In this document: positions 26,676 to 34,652 of the stretch, piece by piece
Layout of the letters: each line of letters begins with the position of its first letter
How positions within the stretch are numbered: position 1 is the stretch's first letter
NCBI GenBank assembly: GCA_045631185.1
Contig: JAZQUH010000039.1
Span: 139,740 to 203,739 of the forward strand
DNA from: Alphaproteobacteria bacterium
Lineage (GTDB): Bacteria; Pseudomonadota; Alphaproteobacteria; CAAHEQ01; UBA3637
Reading direction: 5' to 3'
Length of the DNA stretch: 64,000 bases
Made by a program: the position numbers and the translations under genes
Notes under the pieces: model-generated
Seen by the model: the letters and a program-made list of their open reading frames with translations, nothing else
Told to the model about the DNA's origin: nothing
The model's database searches: none

Positions 26676-26886
26676 TTTTTTCTCCTTTCGTTAAAATGAA
26701 ACAAAATCAGTTTACCATTTTAAAAACCATTGTCAAGTTTTTAATTTTTGAAATGAAACAAGCATAAATTTTTGGGATAAGCAAAGGGGAATAAGTTAGC
26801 TTTTTTATCTTGTAAAAACAGGTTCCCTTTTTGTGGGATTGTTTGTGCTGAACGATTTGTTTTTTTGATAACATATATATAAAATC

Positions 26887-26915
26887 TTGACAAAAATATA
26901 ATATAATGTTATAAT
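26887..26915 (+). promoter_or_regulatory. consensus promoter of the AAA+ gene
   Basis: TTGACA-17 nt (ending TGt)-TATAAT. SD acaggagg. Confidence 0.65.
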
Positions 26916-26946
26916 TTTCCCTATATTTTTTTACAGGAGGTGTTTT

Positions 26947-28785
26947 ATGTCACAAACAGATGAACCGGAAAAAATCGAGTCTGAAGATAAAAAGGAAACA
27001 TCTTTTGATGATGAACAAAAAGAATATCAGTCAAACAAGGATATTCCAATAAATTTTTCTGTTGAACCATTGGATTTTGATAAAACACCACAACGGAATA
27101 AAGAATTACATCGGTTTGAACAGATTTTGAATGCACCGATTTACAATATCCCGATGTTGGTTGTTGAAAAACACGAAGATGTTTTACCGCTTTTAAGTTT
27201 ATATGCCAACGAAAAAAATACGGGCTTTTTATCTGTTACACCATCTGTTTTTGATATGGATTATATGAATTTCAGGGATTCCCATGATGTTGAAAAAAAG
27301 ATGAATAAAGTCGGTACTATTTTGGAATATGGTGATTTAAATGGTGAAATCCCAGTTTATTGCGATTTATTGGATTATATGGAACATGAACTTTGGAAGC
27401 CGTTTGTTGAAAATTTCTTAAAATCAGAACGCCCTTTTGTTATTGTTGCCAGAAAGGAAGAAGCATCCGAATTAAAAGAAGAAATAGAGAAGGATTTTGA
27501 GATTTCAGGCGGTTTGGAAAAACCTGCTGAACCTCATATTCCGCAAGGCTTGGCAAAGGTATCTGAGCTGGAAATTTCATCATTAACAAATGAAGAAAAA
27601 AAGGTTTATCTGACGCATTATTTTAATTTTATTTTTATTGATAATAATTTGCATTGCTCGGATAAAAATCGTGACTATTTAATTCGTGAGGCAATCAAAC
27701 GGACATCGGATAAAAGAGAGTTATTTGATGTTTTTCGTACGATTGATCATTTGGTTGTTTTGGCCAAACAAAACGGACAAACAATGGTCTCTCGTAAATT
27801 GGTGAATCAGGCCTTGAATGAAAGAATGCCGCTCCATAATAGGACAAAGTTTTTGATGGATATGGATAAACGATTGAAAAAGCAAATTTTTGGTCAAGAT
27901 GAAGCCATTGATAAGGCGTATGAAACAATTTTATCCACTTTAGATGATGAAAAACGTGAAAAACCGTCTGTTTTGGCCTTTTTTGGTCCGTCAGGTGTTG
28001 GTAAAACGGCTTTGGCCGAAGAAATATCTTTGGCGATGACAGGAAAAAAAGTTGTTAAAATTAATATGGCCGAATATGCTGAATCCTATAAGGCATCTAT
28101 TTTGACCGGTTCGGCCAAAGGTTATGTGGATTCGGATGAAGACGGATTGTTGGCCAAAGCGATTAAGGAAAATCCAAATGCTGTTATTTTATTGGATGAA
28201 TTTGAAAAGGCACATCCCAAGGTTCAACACTTATTTTTGGGGATTTTTGATAAAGGTTCTTTGTTTGATAATCATGCGGGGCAGATTGATATGTCAAAAG
28301 CCACGATTATTTTAACGTCTAATGCTGGGGTACGTCCGGAGCAAAGTTTGGGATTTGGTGGCACAATAACACCTAATTATGTGGCGGATGAAAATGCAAT
28401 TAAGTATGCTTTTCCGCCTGAGTTATTGGGACGTTTGGATGCGAAAATTTTGTTTAATCCTTTAAATGAATCTGCGTTGGAAAAAATTATTGATAAATAT
28501 ATGATGAAAATAAATCCTCGTTTTGAAAAATTGGGGGTTCAGGTGGCTCTTTCACGAAAAGCCAAAGAGGAATTATTGGCCGAAGGGAAAAATCCAATGT
28601 ATGGTGCCAGGCCTATTTTATCTTTAATTCGTCAAAAGGTAAAGTTACCGATTGAAGTTGGTGTTTTAAAGAAAAAAATAAAAAAGGGCAATAAAGTTTT
28701 GGTGACTTCTTTACAAAAAGATAATTTAAAGGTGTTGCCAAAACAAGTTAAAAAGGTTTGCTTGAAACCATCAAAGGAATTATAA
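26947..28785 (+). CDS. Clp/Hsp100-type AAA+ ATPase with only a D2-like module and a novel ~300-aa N-terminal region
   Basis: FGQDEAI...FFGPSGVGKTALAEE (Walker A), ILLDEFEKAHP (Walker B), TSNAG (sensor 1), PPELLGRLD. No Walker motifs in residues 1-300. SLGF lies at the position of the ClpA IGL loop. Confidence 0.7.
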   Translation: MSQTDEPEKIESEDKKETSFDDEQKEYQSNKDIPINFSVEPLDFDKTPQRNKELHRFEQILNAPIYNIPMLVVEKHEDVLPLLSLYANEKNTGFLSVTPSVFDMDYMNFRDSHDVEKKMNKVGTILEYGDLNGEIPVYCDLLDYMEHELWKPFVENFLKSERPFVIVARKEEASELKEEIEKDFEISGGLEKPAEPHIPQGLAKVSELEISSLTNEEKKVYLTHYFNFIFIDNNLHCSDKNRDYLIREAIKRTSDKRELFDVFRTIDHLVVLAKQNGQTMVSRKLVNQALNERMPLHNRTKFLMDMDKRLKKQIFGQDEAIDKAYETILSTLDDEKREKPSVLAFFGPSGVGKTALAEEISLAMTGKKVVKINMAEYAESYKASILTGSAKGYVDSDEDGLLAKAIKENPNAVILLDEFEKAHPKVQHLFLGIFDKGSLFDNHAGQIDMSKATIILTSNAGVRPEQSLGFGGTITPNYVADENAIKYAFPPELLGRLDAKILFNPLNESALEKIIDKYMMKINPRFEKLGVQVALSRKAKEELLAEGKNPMYGARPILSLIRQKVKLPIEVGVLKKKIKKGNKVLVTSLQKDNLKVLPKQVKKVCLKPSKEL

Positions 28786-28800
28786 AAAAGGGACTAAGAC

Positions 28801-29874
28801 ATGTTTGATGAATATAGTGAGTTTTATTTTGCACAAGAAGATCATGGCAATTTTTTACATATTTATGTTCCTGGTAAATTACCGATGGCCAGAGGCGTAA
28901 AGCAAATAAAATGGACTGGAAATTTTGAAAAGCCTTCAAAAGAAAATTATAAAAAAGAGGCAATAATTTTACGTAAAAATCTTAAAAAAAACGGATTTTT
29001 AAAAGATTTACCGCAACGTCAATTGCCCGGATATAATTCATATTATCCGTATGATGTTTCCCCAATGGGAATTTGGGAAATTACACCCGACTTAAGGGAT
29101 TTGATATATGTGCGAAATGATGTTGCCTATAAAATGAGACATACTTTGTGGTTTCCGTTGTTGAGAAAATTACAGGAAAAGATTGGTCAATATGATTATA
29201 TCCAATTGACTTTGCCCAAATTACCAAAATTGATGTTGGAAGAACATTTAAACGAATGGTATAAAAACAATACTCTTGAAGCTGGTTTTATCAAACGTTT
29301 GGAAAAATTATCACAAAAAACCATGATTGATATTATGGAAGATGATAACAGCATAAGAATCAGACCGGTCAATCATCCTTTTGTGAATCAACCCGCATGC
29401 CGTATAGAATATTCACAAAATCAGGAAAAATCGCGGGAAAATTTACCTTATCAAGATATGTTAAAACTAAAACAACAGGTTGCGGAACGTGATGTTTATT
29501 TGTTAAAAGGTTTGACCGATTCAGAACGCAAAAAAATGGCGCATGCCTCTTTATCTGATATGGAACAAGATTCAACACACCAATTGCATTGGATTCATTG
29601 GCCCTCTTTAAATGGGGGTATGAACAAAGATAATGCCATTATTGTTACATCAAATATAAAACAGATGTATCAATTTGCGGTACAAACACCTTTGGAATCA
29701 TTTTTAAAATCCCATGGTTCGGATTTGGCAAAAAAAGGTAAACCTGTTTTTGTTGAGTTGCCGATTCCATATAATGGTTATCGTTCAGCGCCGATAAAGA
29801 AAATAAAAACAAAACATCAAAATCGTTCAGAATTAAAGCAAAAATTGCAAAAAGCGCTTGAAACGGACAGATAA
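28801..29874 (+). CDS. hypothetical protein (357 aa), probably co-transcribed with the AAA+ gene
   Basis: 15-nt gap after the AAA+ stop. No recognisable motif. Confidence 0.55.
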   Translation: MFDEYSEFYFAQEDHGNFLHIYVPGKLPMARGVKQIKWTGNFEKPSKENYKKEAIILRKNLKKNGFLKDLPQRQLPGYNSYYPYDVSPMGIWEITPDLRDLIYVRNDVAYKMRHTLWFPLLRKLQEKIGQYDYIQLTLPKLPKLMLEEHLNEWYKNNTLEAGFIKRLEKLSQKTMIDIMEDDNSIRIRPVNHPFVNQPACRIEYSQNQEKSRENLPYQDMLKLKQQVAERDVYLLKGLTDSERKKMAHASLSDMEQDSTHQLHWIHWPSLNGGMNKDNAIIVTSNIKQMYQFAVQTPLESFLKSHGSDLAKKGKPVFVELPIPYNGYRSAPIKKIKTKHQNRSELKQKLQKALETDR

Positions 29875-29878
29875 AAAA

Positions 29879-29910
29879 ATCCCCGACCAATTCGGTCGGG
29901 GATGGCTTTT
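29879..29910 (+). terminator. hairpin H1 (tccccgacc family), terminator
   Basis: atccccgacc-aattc-ggtcggggat followed by ggcttttt. Confidence 0.75.
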
Positions 29911-29935
29911 TATTTAAAAGAATATAAGATATAAA

Positions 29936-29964
29936 TTGACAAGAATTGAATTATTTGCTATTAT
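29936..29964 (+). promoter_or_regulatory. promoter of the hyd maturation operon
   Basis: TTGACA-17 nt-TATTAT, about 25 nt upstream of the SD aaaggag. Confidence 0.6.
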
Positions 29965-29988
29965 CTTAAGTGTGAAAAGGAGTTTAAA

Positions 29989-30234
29989 ATGGAAACACGA
30001 GTAGCGATTATTGCAATTATAGTTAAGAATCGTGAAACCGTATCTCAATTAAATGAGATTTTACACACATATGGTGATTATATAATCGGTCGTATGGGAA
30101 TTCCTTATTCACAAAAAAAAGTCAGCATTATGAGTGTGGCTGTTGACGCGCCTCAAAATATTATTTCTGCTCTTTCCGGCAAGATAGGAGCTTTATCAGG
30201 AGTTAGTGTCAAAACAGCATACGCTGATGCTTAA
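29989..30234 (+). CDS. TM1266-family small ACT-like protein (putative iron-only hydrogenase system regulator)
   Basis: 81 aa. RVAIIAIIV.NRE....LNEILH.YGDYIIGRMGIPY pattern and its position upstream of hydG match the TM1266 family. Confidence 0.7.
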   Translation: METRVAIIAIIVKNRETVSQLNEILHTYGDYIIGRMGIPYSQKKVSIMSVAVDAPQNIISALSGKIGALSGVSVKTAYADA

Positions 30235-30286
30235 ATTTTAACAACTGATGGGGAAGAGTTATCTGACCCAAAAGAAAGGATATAAT

Positions 30287-31702
30287 ATGTATAACCCTAG
30301 ATCACCCAAAGCGGTGGATTTTATTGATAATCAAGAAGTTTTAGATACACTTGATTATGCCGAAAAAAATAAAACAAACAAAGAACTTATCAATCAGATT
30401 TTAGATAAAGCAAAGCAGTTGAGGGGATTGAATCATCGGGAAGCTTCTGTTATGCTTGCTTGTGAAATCCCTGAGGTAAATGCCGAAATTTTTCGTTTAG
30501 CTGAACAAATAAAAAAAGATTTTTATGGTAACAGAATAGTCTTATTTGCTCCGCTTTATTTATCAAATTATTGTGTCAATGGATGTGTTTATTGTCCTTA
30601 TCATTTAAAAAATAAACATATGCCACGTATAAAACTGACGCAAGAACAAATTCGTCAGGAAGTTATTGCCTTGCAAGATATGGGACATAAACGTTTGGCG
30701 ATTGAAACTGGTGAAGATCCTGTGAATAATCCGATAGAGTATGTGTTAGATAGTATTAAAACCATTTATTCCATTAAGCATAAAAATGGTTCTATTCGTC
30801 GGGTTAATGTCAATATTGCGGCAACAACTGTTGAAAATTACAGGAAATTAAAAGATGCAGGTATCGGAACTTATATTTTATTCCAAGAAACCTATAATCG
30901 TGAATCCTATGAAAAACTTCATCCAACAGGACCAAAGCATGATTATGCATGGCACACTGAGGCTATGGACAGAGCGATGCAGGGGGGAATAGATGATGTT
31001 GGTTTGGGGGTTTTATTTGGATTGGAATCGTATCGTTATGAATTTGCAGCACTTTTAATGCATGCTGAACATTTGGAGGCTTGTTTTGGTGTTGGTCCAC
31101 ATACCATTTCTTTTCCACGCATCAAAAAAGCCGATGATATAGATCCGAAAGCTTTTGATAACGGAATAGACGATGATATTTTTGCAAAAATAATCGCTTG
31201 TGTCCGAATTTCAACACCTTATACAGGAATGATTATTTCAACTCGAGAAAGTCAGTCATGTCGTGAGCGGGTTATTCGTTATGGTATTTCTCAAATTTCT
31301 GGTGCATCTCGTACTTCTGTTGGTGGGTATACACAACCTCAGCGTTCTCATGATTCGGAACAATTTGATGTATCCGACCAACGAACGTTGGATGAGGTTG
31401 TACATTGGTTGTTACAGATGGGGTATATTCCCAGTTTTTGTACTGCCTGTTATCGAGCAGGCAGAACAGGTGATCGTTTTATGTCTCTGTGTAAAAGTCG
31501 TCAAATTTTAAATTGTTGTCATCCGAATGCTTTGATGACATTAAAGGAATTTTTATTAGATTATGCTAGTTTTGAAACGCAAATGATTGGTGAAAAAGTT
31601 ATTCAGGAACAGTTGGAGAATATCACTAACGAAGCTGTTAAAAATATCACTATGCGTAATTTGGCCAAAATAGATTCTGGCGAAAGAGATTTTCATTTTT
31701 AA
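30287..31702 (+). CDS. hydG: [FeFe]-hydrogenase maturase HydG (radical SAM tyrosine lyase)
   Basis: CVNGCVYC (Cx3Cx2C) and C-terminal CTACYRAG...C cluster motif. About 470 aa. Start at ATG 30287 after aaaggat. Confidence 0.85.
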   Translation: MYNPRSPKAVDFIDNQEVLDTLDYAEKNKTNKELINQILDKAKQLRGLNHREASVMLACEIPEVNAEIFRLAEQIKKDFYGNRIVLFAPLYLSNYCVNGCVYCPYHLKNKHMPRIKLTQEQIRQEVIALQDMGHKRLAIETGEDPVNNPIEYVLDSIKTIYSIKHKNGSIRRVNVNIAATTVENYRKLKDAGIGTYILFQETYNRESYEKLHPTGPKHDYAWHTEAMDRAMQGGIDDVGLGVLFGLESYRYEFAALLMHAEHLEACFGVGPHTISFPRIKKADDIDPKAFDNGIDDDIFAKIIACVRISTPYTGMIISTRESQSCRERVIRYGISQISGASRTSVGGYTQPQRSHDSEQFDVSDQRTLDEVVHWLLQMGYIPSFCTACYRAGRTGDRFMSLCKSRQILNCCHPNALMTLKEFLLDYASFETQMIGEKVIQEQLENITNEAVKNITMRNLAKIDSGERDFHF

Positions 31703-31719
31703 AATAAAAAAGGATATTG

Positions 31720-32907
31720 ATGAATTGTTTATCATTAAATGAAACCCCTAAAGGTTTATGTCCTGTCATTTCCTTTATCGGTTGTTGTAATGTGGGTAAA
31801 TCTTCTTTGTTAAATGCTTTGACAAAAGAAGAAGTTTCAATTGTGTCTGAAATTAAAGGAACAACGACGGATGTTGTCCAAAAAAGGCATGAGTTAATTC
31901 CTGTGGGACCGGTTATATTTTATGATACAGCAGGTTTGGATGATACAAGTGATTTAGGGGAAAAACGCATACATGCGACAATGAAGGTTTTGGAAAAATC
32001 AGATTTAGTTGTTTTAATTTGTGCCGAAAAAGGAATTACAAAAACAGATAGTTTAATGATTAAAAAACTTAGATTAAACAGAAAAAAATTTGTTATTATC
32101 TTTAATAAGGATGATTGTGTTGTCCCACAAAAAAAAGATTTATCATTCTGTGAAGAACACCAAATTCCTTTTATAAAAACGAATGTTAAAAAGGATATTT
32201 CTTTCCTATATCATTTTTTGGCGGGTCAGATAGATTCGGAAGATATGGATTTATTTGGAAAATTTTTAAAAAAAGAAGATATTGTAATATTGGTTACACC
32301 TATAGATAAATCAGCCCCTAAAGGCCGCTTAATTTTACCTCAGGTTCAAACAATACGTGAAATTTTAAATAAACATGCCATAACAATAACAGCTCAACCG
32401 TCGGAATTAGTATCAACTTTAAACTGTTTAATCAGGAAACCCCGTTTAATTATATCTGATTCTCAAGTTGTAAAACAAGTTTCTCAACTTATTTCTTGTG
32501 ATATTTCTTTAACAACGTTTTCGGTTCTAATGGCAAAATTAAAAGGAGATATATCTGTTTTTAAAAAAAGTTTATCTGTTTTAAATCACTTAAATGATGG
32601 TGATAAAATTTTAATTTGTGAATCTTGTTCCCATAAAATTTGTTCAGACGATATTGCACATGTAAAAATACCAAATGCAATTAGAACTTATAGCAAACAT
32701 GATATCATTTTTGATTATACACATGGGGGTGATTTTCCTGAAAGTTTATCTGGGTATAAATTAGTTGTCCATTGTGGCGCCTGTATGTTTAATAAAACGC
32801 AAATGATGGCACGTATACAACAATGTTTAAGGGAAAATGTTCCCATTACAAATTTTGGGCTTCTTATGGCCAAACTTAATAACATTCATTTGGCGGATAT
32901 TTCATGA
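31720..32907 (+). CDS. hydF: [FeFe]-hydrogenase maturation GTPase HydF
   Basis: G1 GCCNVGKSSLLNAL, DTAG, NKDD. C-terminal CxH...HCxxC (CESCSH ... VHCGAC). Confidence 0.85.
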   Translation: MNCLSLNETPKGLCPVISFIGCCNVGKSSLLNALTKEEVSIVSEIKGTTTDVVQKRHELIPVGPVIFYDTAGLDDTSDLGEKRIHATMKVLEKSDLVVLICAEKGITKTDSLMIKKLRLNRKKFVIIFNKDDCVVPQKKDLSFCEEHQIPFIKTNVKKDISFLYHFLAGQIDSEDMDLFGKFLKKEDIVILVTPIDKSAPKGRLILPQVQTIREILNKHAITITAQPSELVSTLNCLIRKPRLIISDSQVVKQVSQLISCDISLTTFSVLMAKLKGDISVFKKSLSVLNHLNDGDKILICESCSHKICSDDIAHVKIPNAIRTYSKHDIIFDYTHGGDFPESLSGYKLVVHCGACMFNKTQMMARIQQCLRENVPITNFGLLMAKLNNIHLADIS

Positions 32908-33872
32908 CGTTGACAGAAGAAGAAATCGTATCTTTGTTAGTTGATTCAAAAAATCAACATCAATTATTCAAAAAGGCAGATCAAGTCAGACAGGAAAATG
33001 TTGGTAATTCTGTTTTATTAAGAGGATTAATAGAATTTTCAAATAGTTGTAAAAATAACTGTTTGTATTGTGGCTTGAGAAAAGATAATATTCAACTCAA
33101 ACGTTATAACCTTTCACAAGAGGATGTATTATGTTTGGTAAAAAATGCTGTTCAATTAGGCTTAAAAACAATAGTTTTTCAATCCGGGGAAAATTTTGTA
33201 TATTCATGTGATAAATTATGCCGAATAATTGAGCAAACAAAAAAATTTGGTGTTGCGGTTACATTAAGTATTGGCGAAAAAAGTTATCAGGAATATAAAG
33301 CGTTTCGAGATAGTGGTGCAGATCGGTATTTAATGCGTATAGAAACGACAGATCAAAAAGTATATCATGATTTAAACCCGGGTATGAGTTGGCAGCATCG
33401 TTATGAATGTTTACAAATGATTAAAGAACTTGGATATGAGTTGGGTTCAGGAATAATGGTTGGTTTACCCAGGCAAACATTAAAATCAATAGCACGTGAT
33501 TTGTTGTTTTTGAAAAAGTTGAAAATTGATATGGCAGGGATAGGACCATTTATTCCTCATCCTTGTACACCATTAAGTGATTGCAAGGCGGGAACATTGG
33601 ATTTAGCTTTAAGGACGATGGCAATTATGCGCATTTTATTACCACATATCAATATACCTGCAACAACGGCAATGGAAAATATAAATAAAAATGGCCAAAT
33701 AAAAGCATTGCAATCAGGGGCAAATGTTATCATGCTTAATGCAACTGATTCTTTACATCGTTCTTTATATGAAATTTATCCATCTGATAAATCCTACTAT
33801 GATACCTTATCAGATAATTATTTTGATTTAAAATGGAAAATTTATGCTATAGGGCGAAAAATAGATGGTTGA
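32904..33872 (+). CDS. hydE: [FeFe]-hydrogenase maturase HydE (radical SAM)
   Basis: CKNNCLYCGLR Cx3Cx2C near the N-terminus, BioB-like fold length (322 aa). ATGA overlap with hydF. Confidence 0.8.
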   Translation: MTLTEEEIVSLLVDSKNQHQLFKKADQVRQENVGNSVLLRGLIEFSNSCKNNCLYCGLRKDNIQLKRYNLSQEDVLCLVKNAVQLGLKTIVFQSGENFVYSCDKLCRIIEQTKKFGVAVTLSIGEKSYQEYKAFRDSGADRYLMRIETTDQKVYHDLNPGMSWQHRYECLQMIKELGYELGSGIMVGLPRQTLKSIARDLLFLKKLKIDMAGIGPFIPHPCTPLSDCKAGTLDLALRTMAIMRILLPHINIPATTAMENINKNGQIKALQSGANVIMLNATDSLHRSLYEIYPSDKSYYDTLSDNYFDLKWKIYAIGRKIDG

Positions 33873-33916
33873 AATAACAGATATAAAACAGTTGTTAGTT
33901 TTGTTTTGGATATATG

Positions 33917-33946
33917 AAAATCCCCGACCGTTTGGGCCGGGGATAG
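33917..33946 (-). terminator. hairpin H2 (tccccgacc family)
   Basis: Minus strand ccccggcc-caaac-ggtcgggg followed by auuuu. The single mismatch is a G.U pair only in the minus-strand RNA. Confidence 0.65.
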
Positions 33947-33952
33947 TTTATA

Positions 33953-33970
33953 TTAAAAATTACGTTCCAT
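33953..33970 (-). CDS. candidate 5-codon mini-ORF MERNF (copy 1)
   Basis: taAGGAGGaaaag-ATG GAA CGT AAT TTT TAA. It has its own promoter upstream and hairpin H2 downstream. Confidence 0.35.
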   Translation of the reverse strand: MERNF

Positions 33971-33992
33971 CTTTTCCTCCTTAGATGAATAA

Positions 33993-34019
33993 AGTATAAC
34001 ATTTTTTATTTTATGTCAA
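33993..34019 (-). promoter_or_regulatory. promoter of mini-ORF copy 1
   Basis: Minus strand TTGACA-15 nt (ending TGt)-TATACT, an extended -10. Confidence 0.45.
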
Positions 34020-34020
34020 T

Positions 34021-34050
34021 AAAAAAATCCCCGACCGTTTTAGCCGGGGA
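34021..34050 (-). terminator. hairpin H3 (tccccgacc family), terminator of the bor-like gene
   Basis: Minus strand ccccggc-taaaac-ggtcgggg followed by aU7. Confidence 0.75.
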
Positions 34051-34062
34051 TAGTTTTTCAGT

Positions 34063-34353
34063 TTAATCTTGTTTACAGTAAATTGAATAACCACGCGGCG
34101 AATAAATCCCATAGGTAATACCTGTAATTAAACCTTGGATAAATGAGTAGTGGGTTTCAACACCGATAACCTCTTTTTTTCCACAAACATCTTTTGGGTT
34201 TATTTCCTTTGATTGACCTAATCCACCCAGAATAAAATGAGTTGTTCCTTCATAGGTTGGAACTGTTGGCATTCGGTCTGTTTTTATGGGAAATTGTTGT
34301 GTGCAACAACCGGCCAATAAAAACAATGAGCATAATAAAGTATATTTTTTCAT
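34063..34353 (-). CDS. bor: Bor/Iss-family outer-membrane lipoprotein
   Basis: 96 aa. Lipobox LLAGC. THFILGGLGQSKEINPKDVCG...VETHYSFIQGLITGITYGIYSPRGYSIYC aligns by eye with lambda Bor (HHFFVSGIGQKKTVDAAKICGG...TETQQTFVNGLLGFITLGIYTPLEARVYC). Confidence 0.8.
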   Translation of the reverse strand: MKKYTLLCSLFLLAGCCTQQFPIKTDRMPTVPTYEGTTHFILGGLGQSKEINPKDVCGKKEVIGVETHYSFIQGLITGITYGIYSPRGYSIYCKQD

Positions 34354-34580
34354 GTTACTTCCTTTTTTTAAAAAATCGCCATGATGAGTGGCGGTTGGAA
34401 GTTAAACACTATCAATCAAATAGCGCCACATATTTGGCAAAGCCTTATTCTGTGGCCATCCAACCGCAAAAACGGTTGAATGTTTTACGTCAATTGACGA
34501 GATTGAGAGGTGTTTAATCCTCACAGTTGGAATCACCAAACTGCGATATTAGAATATATCTTTTTTATAAAAAATGCAAT

Positions 34581-34610
34581 AAAAAAATCCCCGACCGTTT
34601 TGGCCGGGGA
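34581..34610 (-). terminator. hairpin H4 (tccccgacc family), terminator of acd plus mini-ORF copy 2
   Basis: Minus strand ccccggcc-aaaac-ggtcgggg followed by aU7. Confidence 0.75.
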
Positions 34611-34620
34611 TAGTTTTTTT

Positions 34621-34638
34621 TTAGAAATTACGTTCCAT
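34621..34638 (-). CDS. candidate 5-codon mini-ORF MERNF (copy 2)
   Basis: aAGGGGGAaact-ATG GAA CGT AAT TTC TAA, 14 nt after the acd stop. It differs from copy 1 by a synonymous TTT/TTC change. Confidence 0.35.
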   Translation of the reverse strand: MERNF

Positions 34639-34652
34639 AGTTTCCCCCTTGG

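Noticed and set aside
29989-30234. The 81-aa ORF upstream of hydG as a hydrogenase small subunit or ferredoxin
   Set aside because: It contains no Cys cluster at all. The sequence pattern fits the ACT-like TM1266 regulator family instead. No hydA-like ORF exists in the window.
29879-34610. The four similar hairpins as a CRISPR array
   Set aside because: There are only four copies, with irregular spacing (0.1 to 4 kb) and whole genes between them. The repeats are palindromic terminators followed by U-runs, and there are no cas genes.
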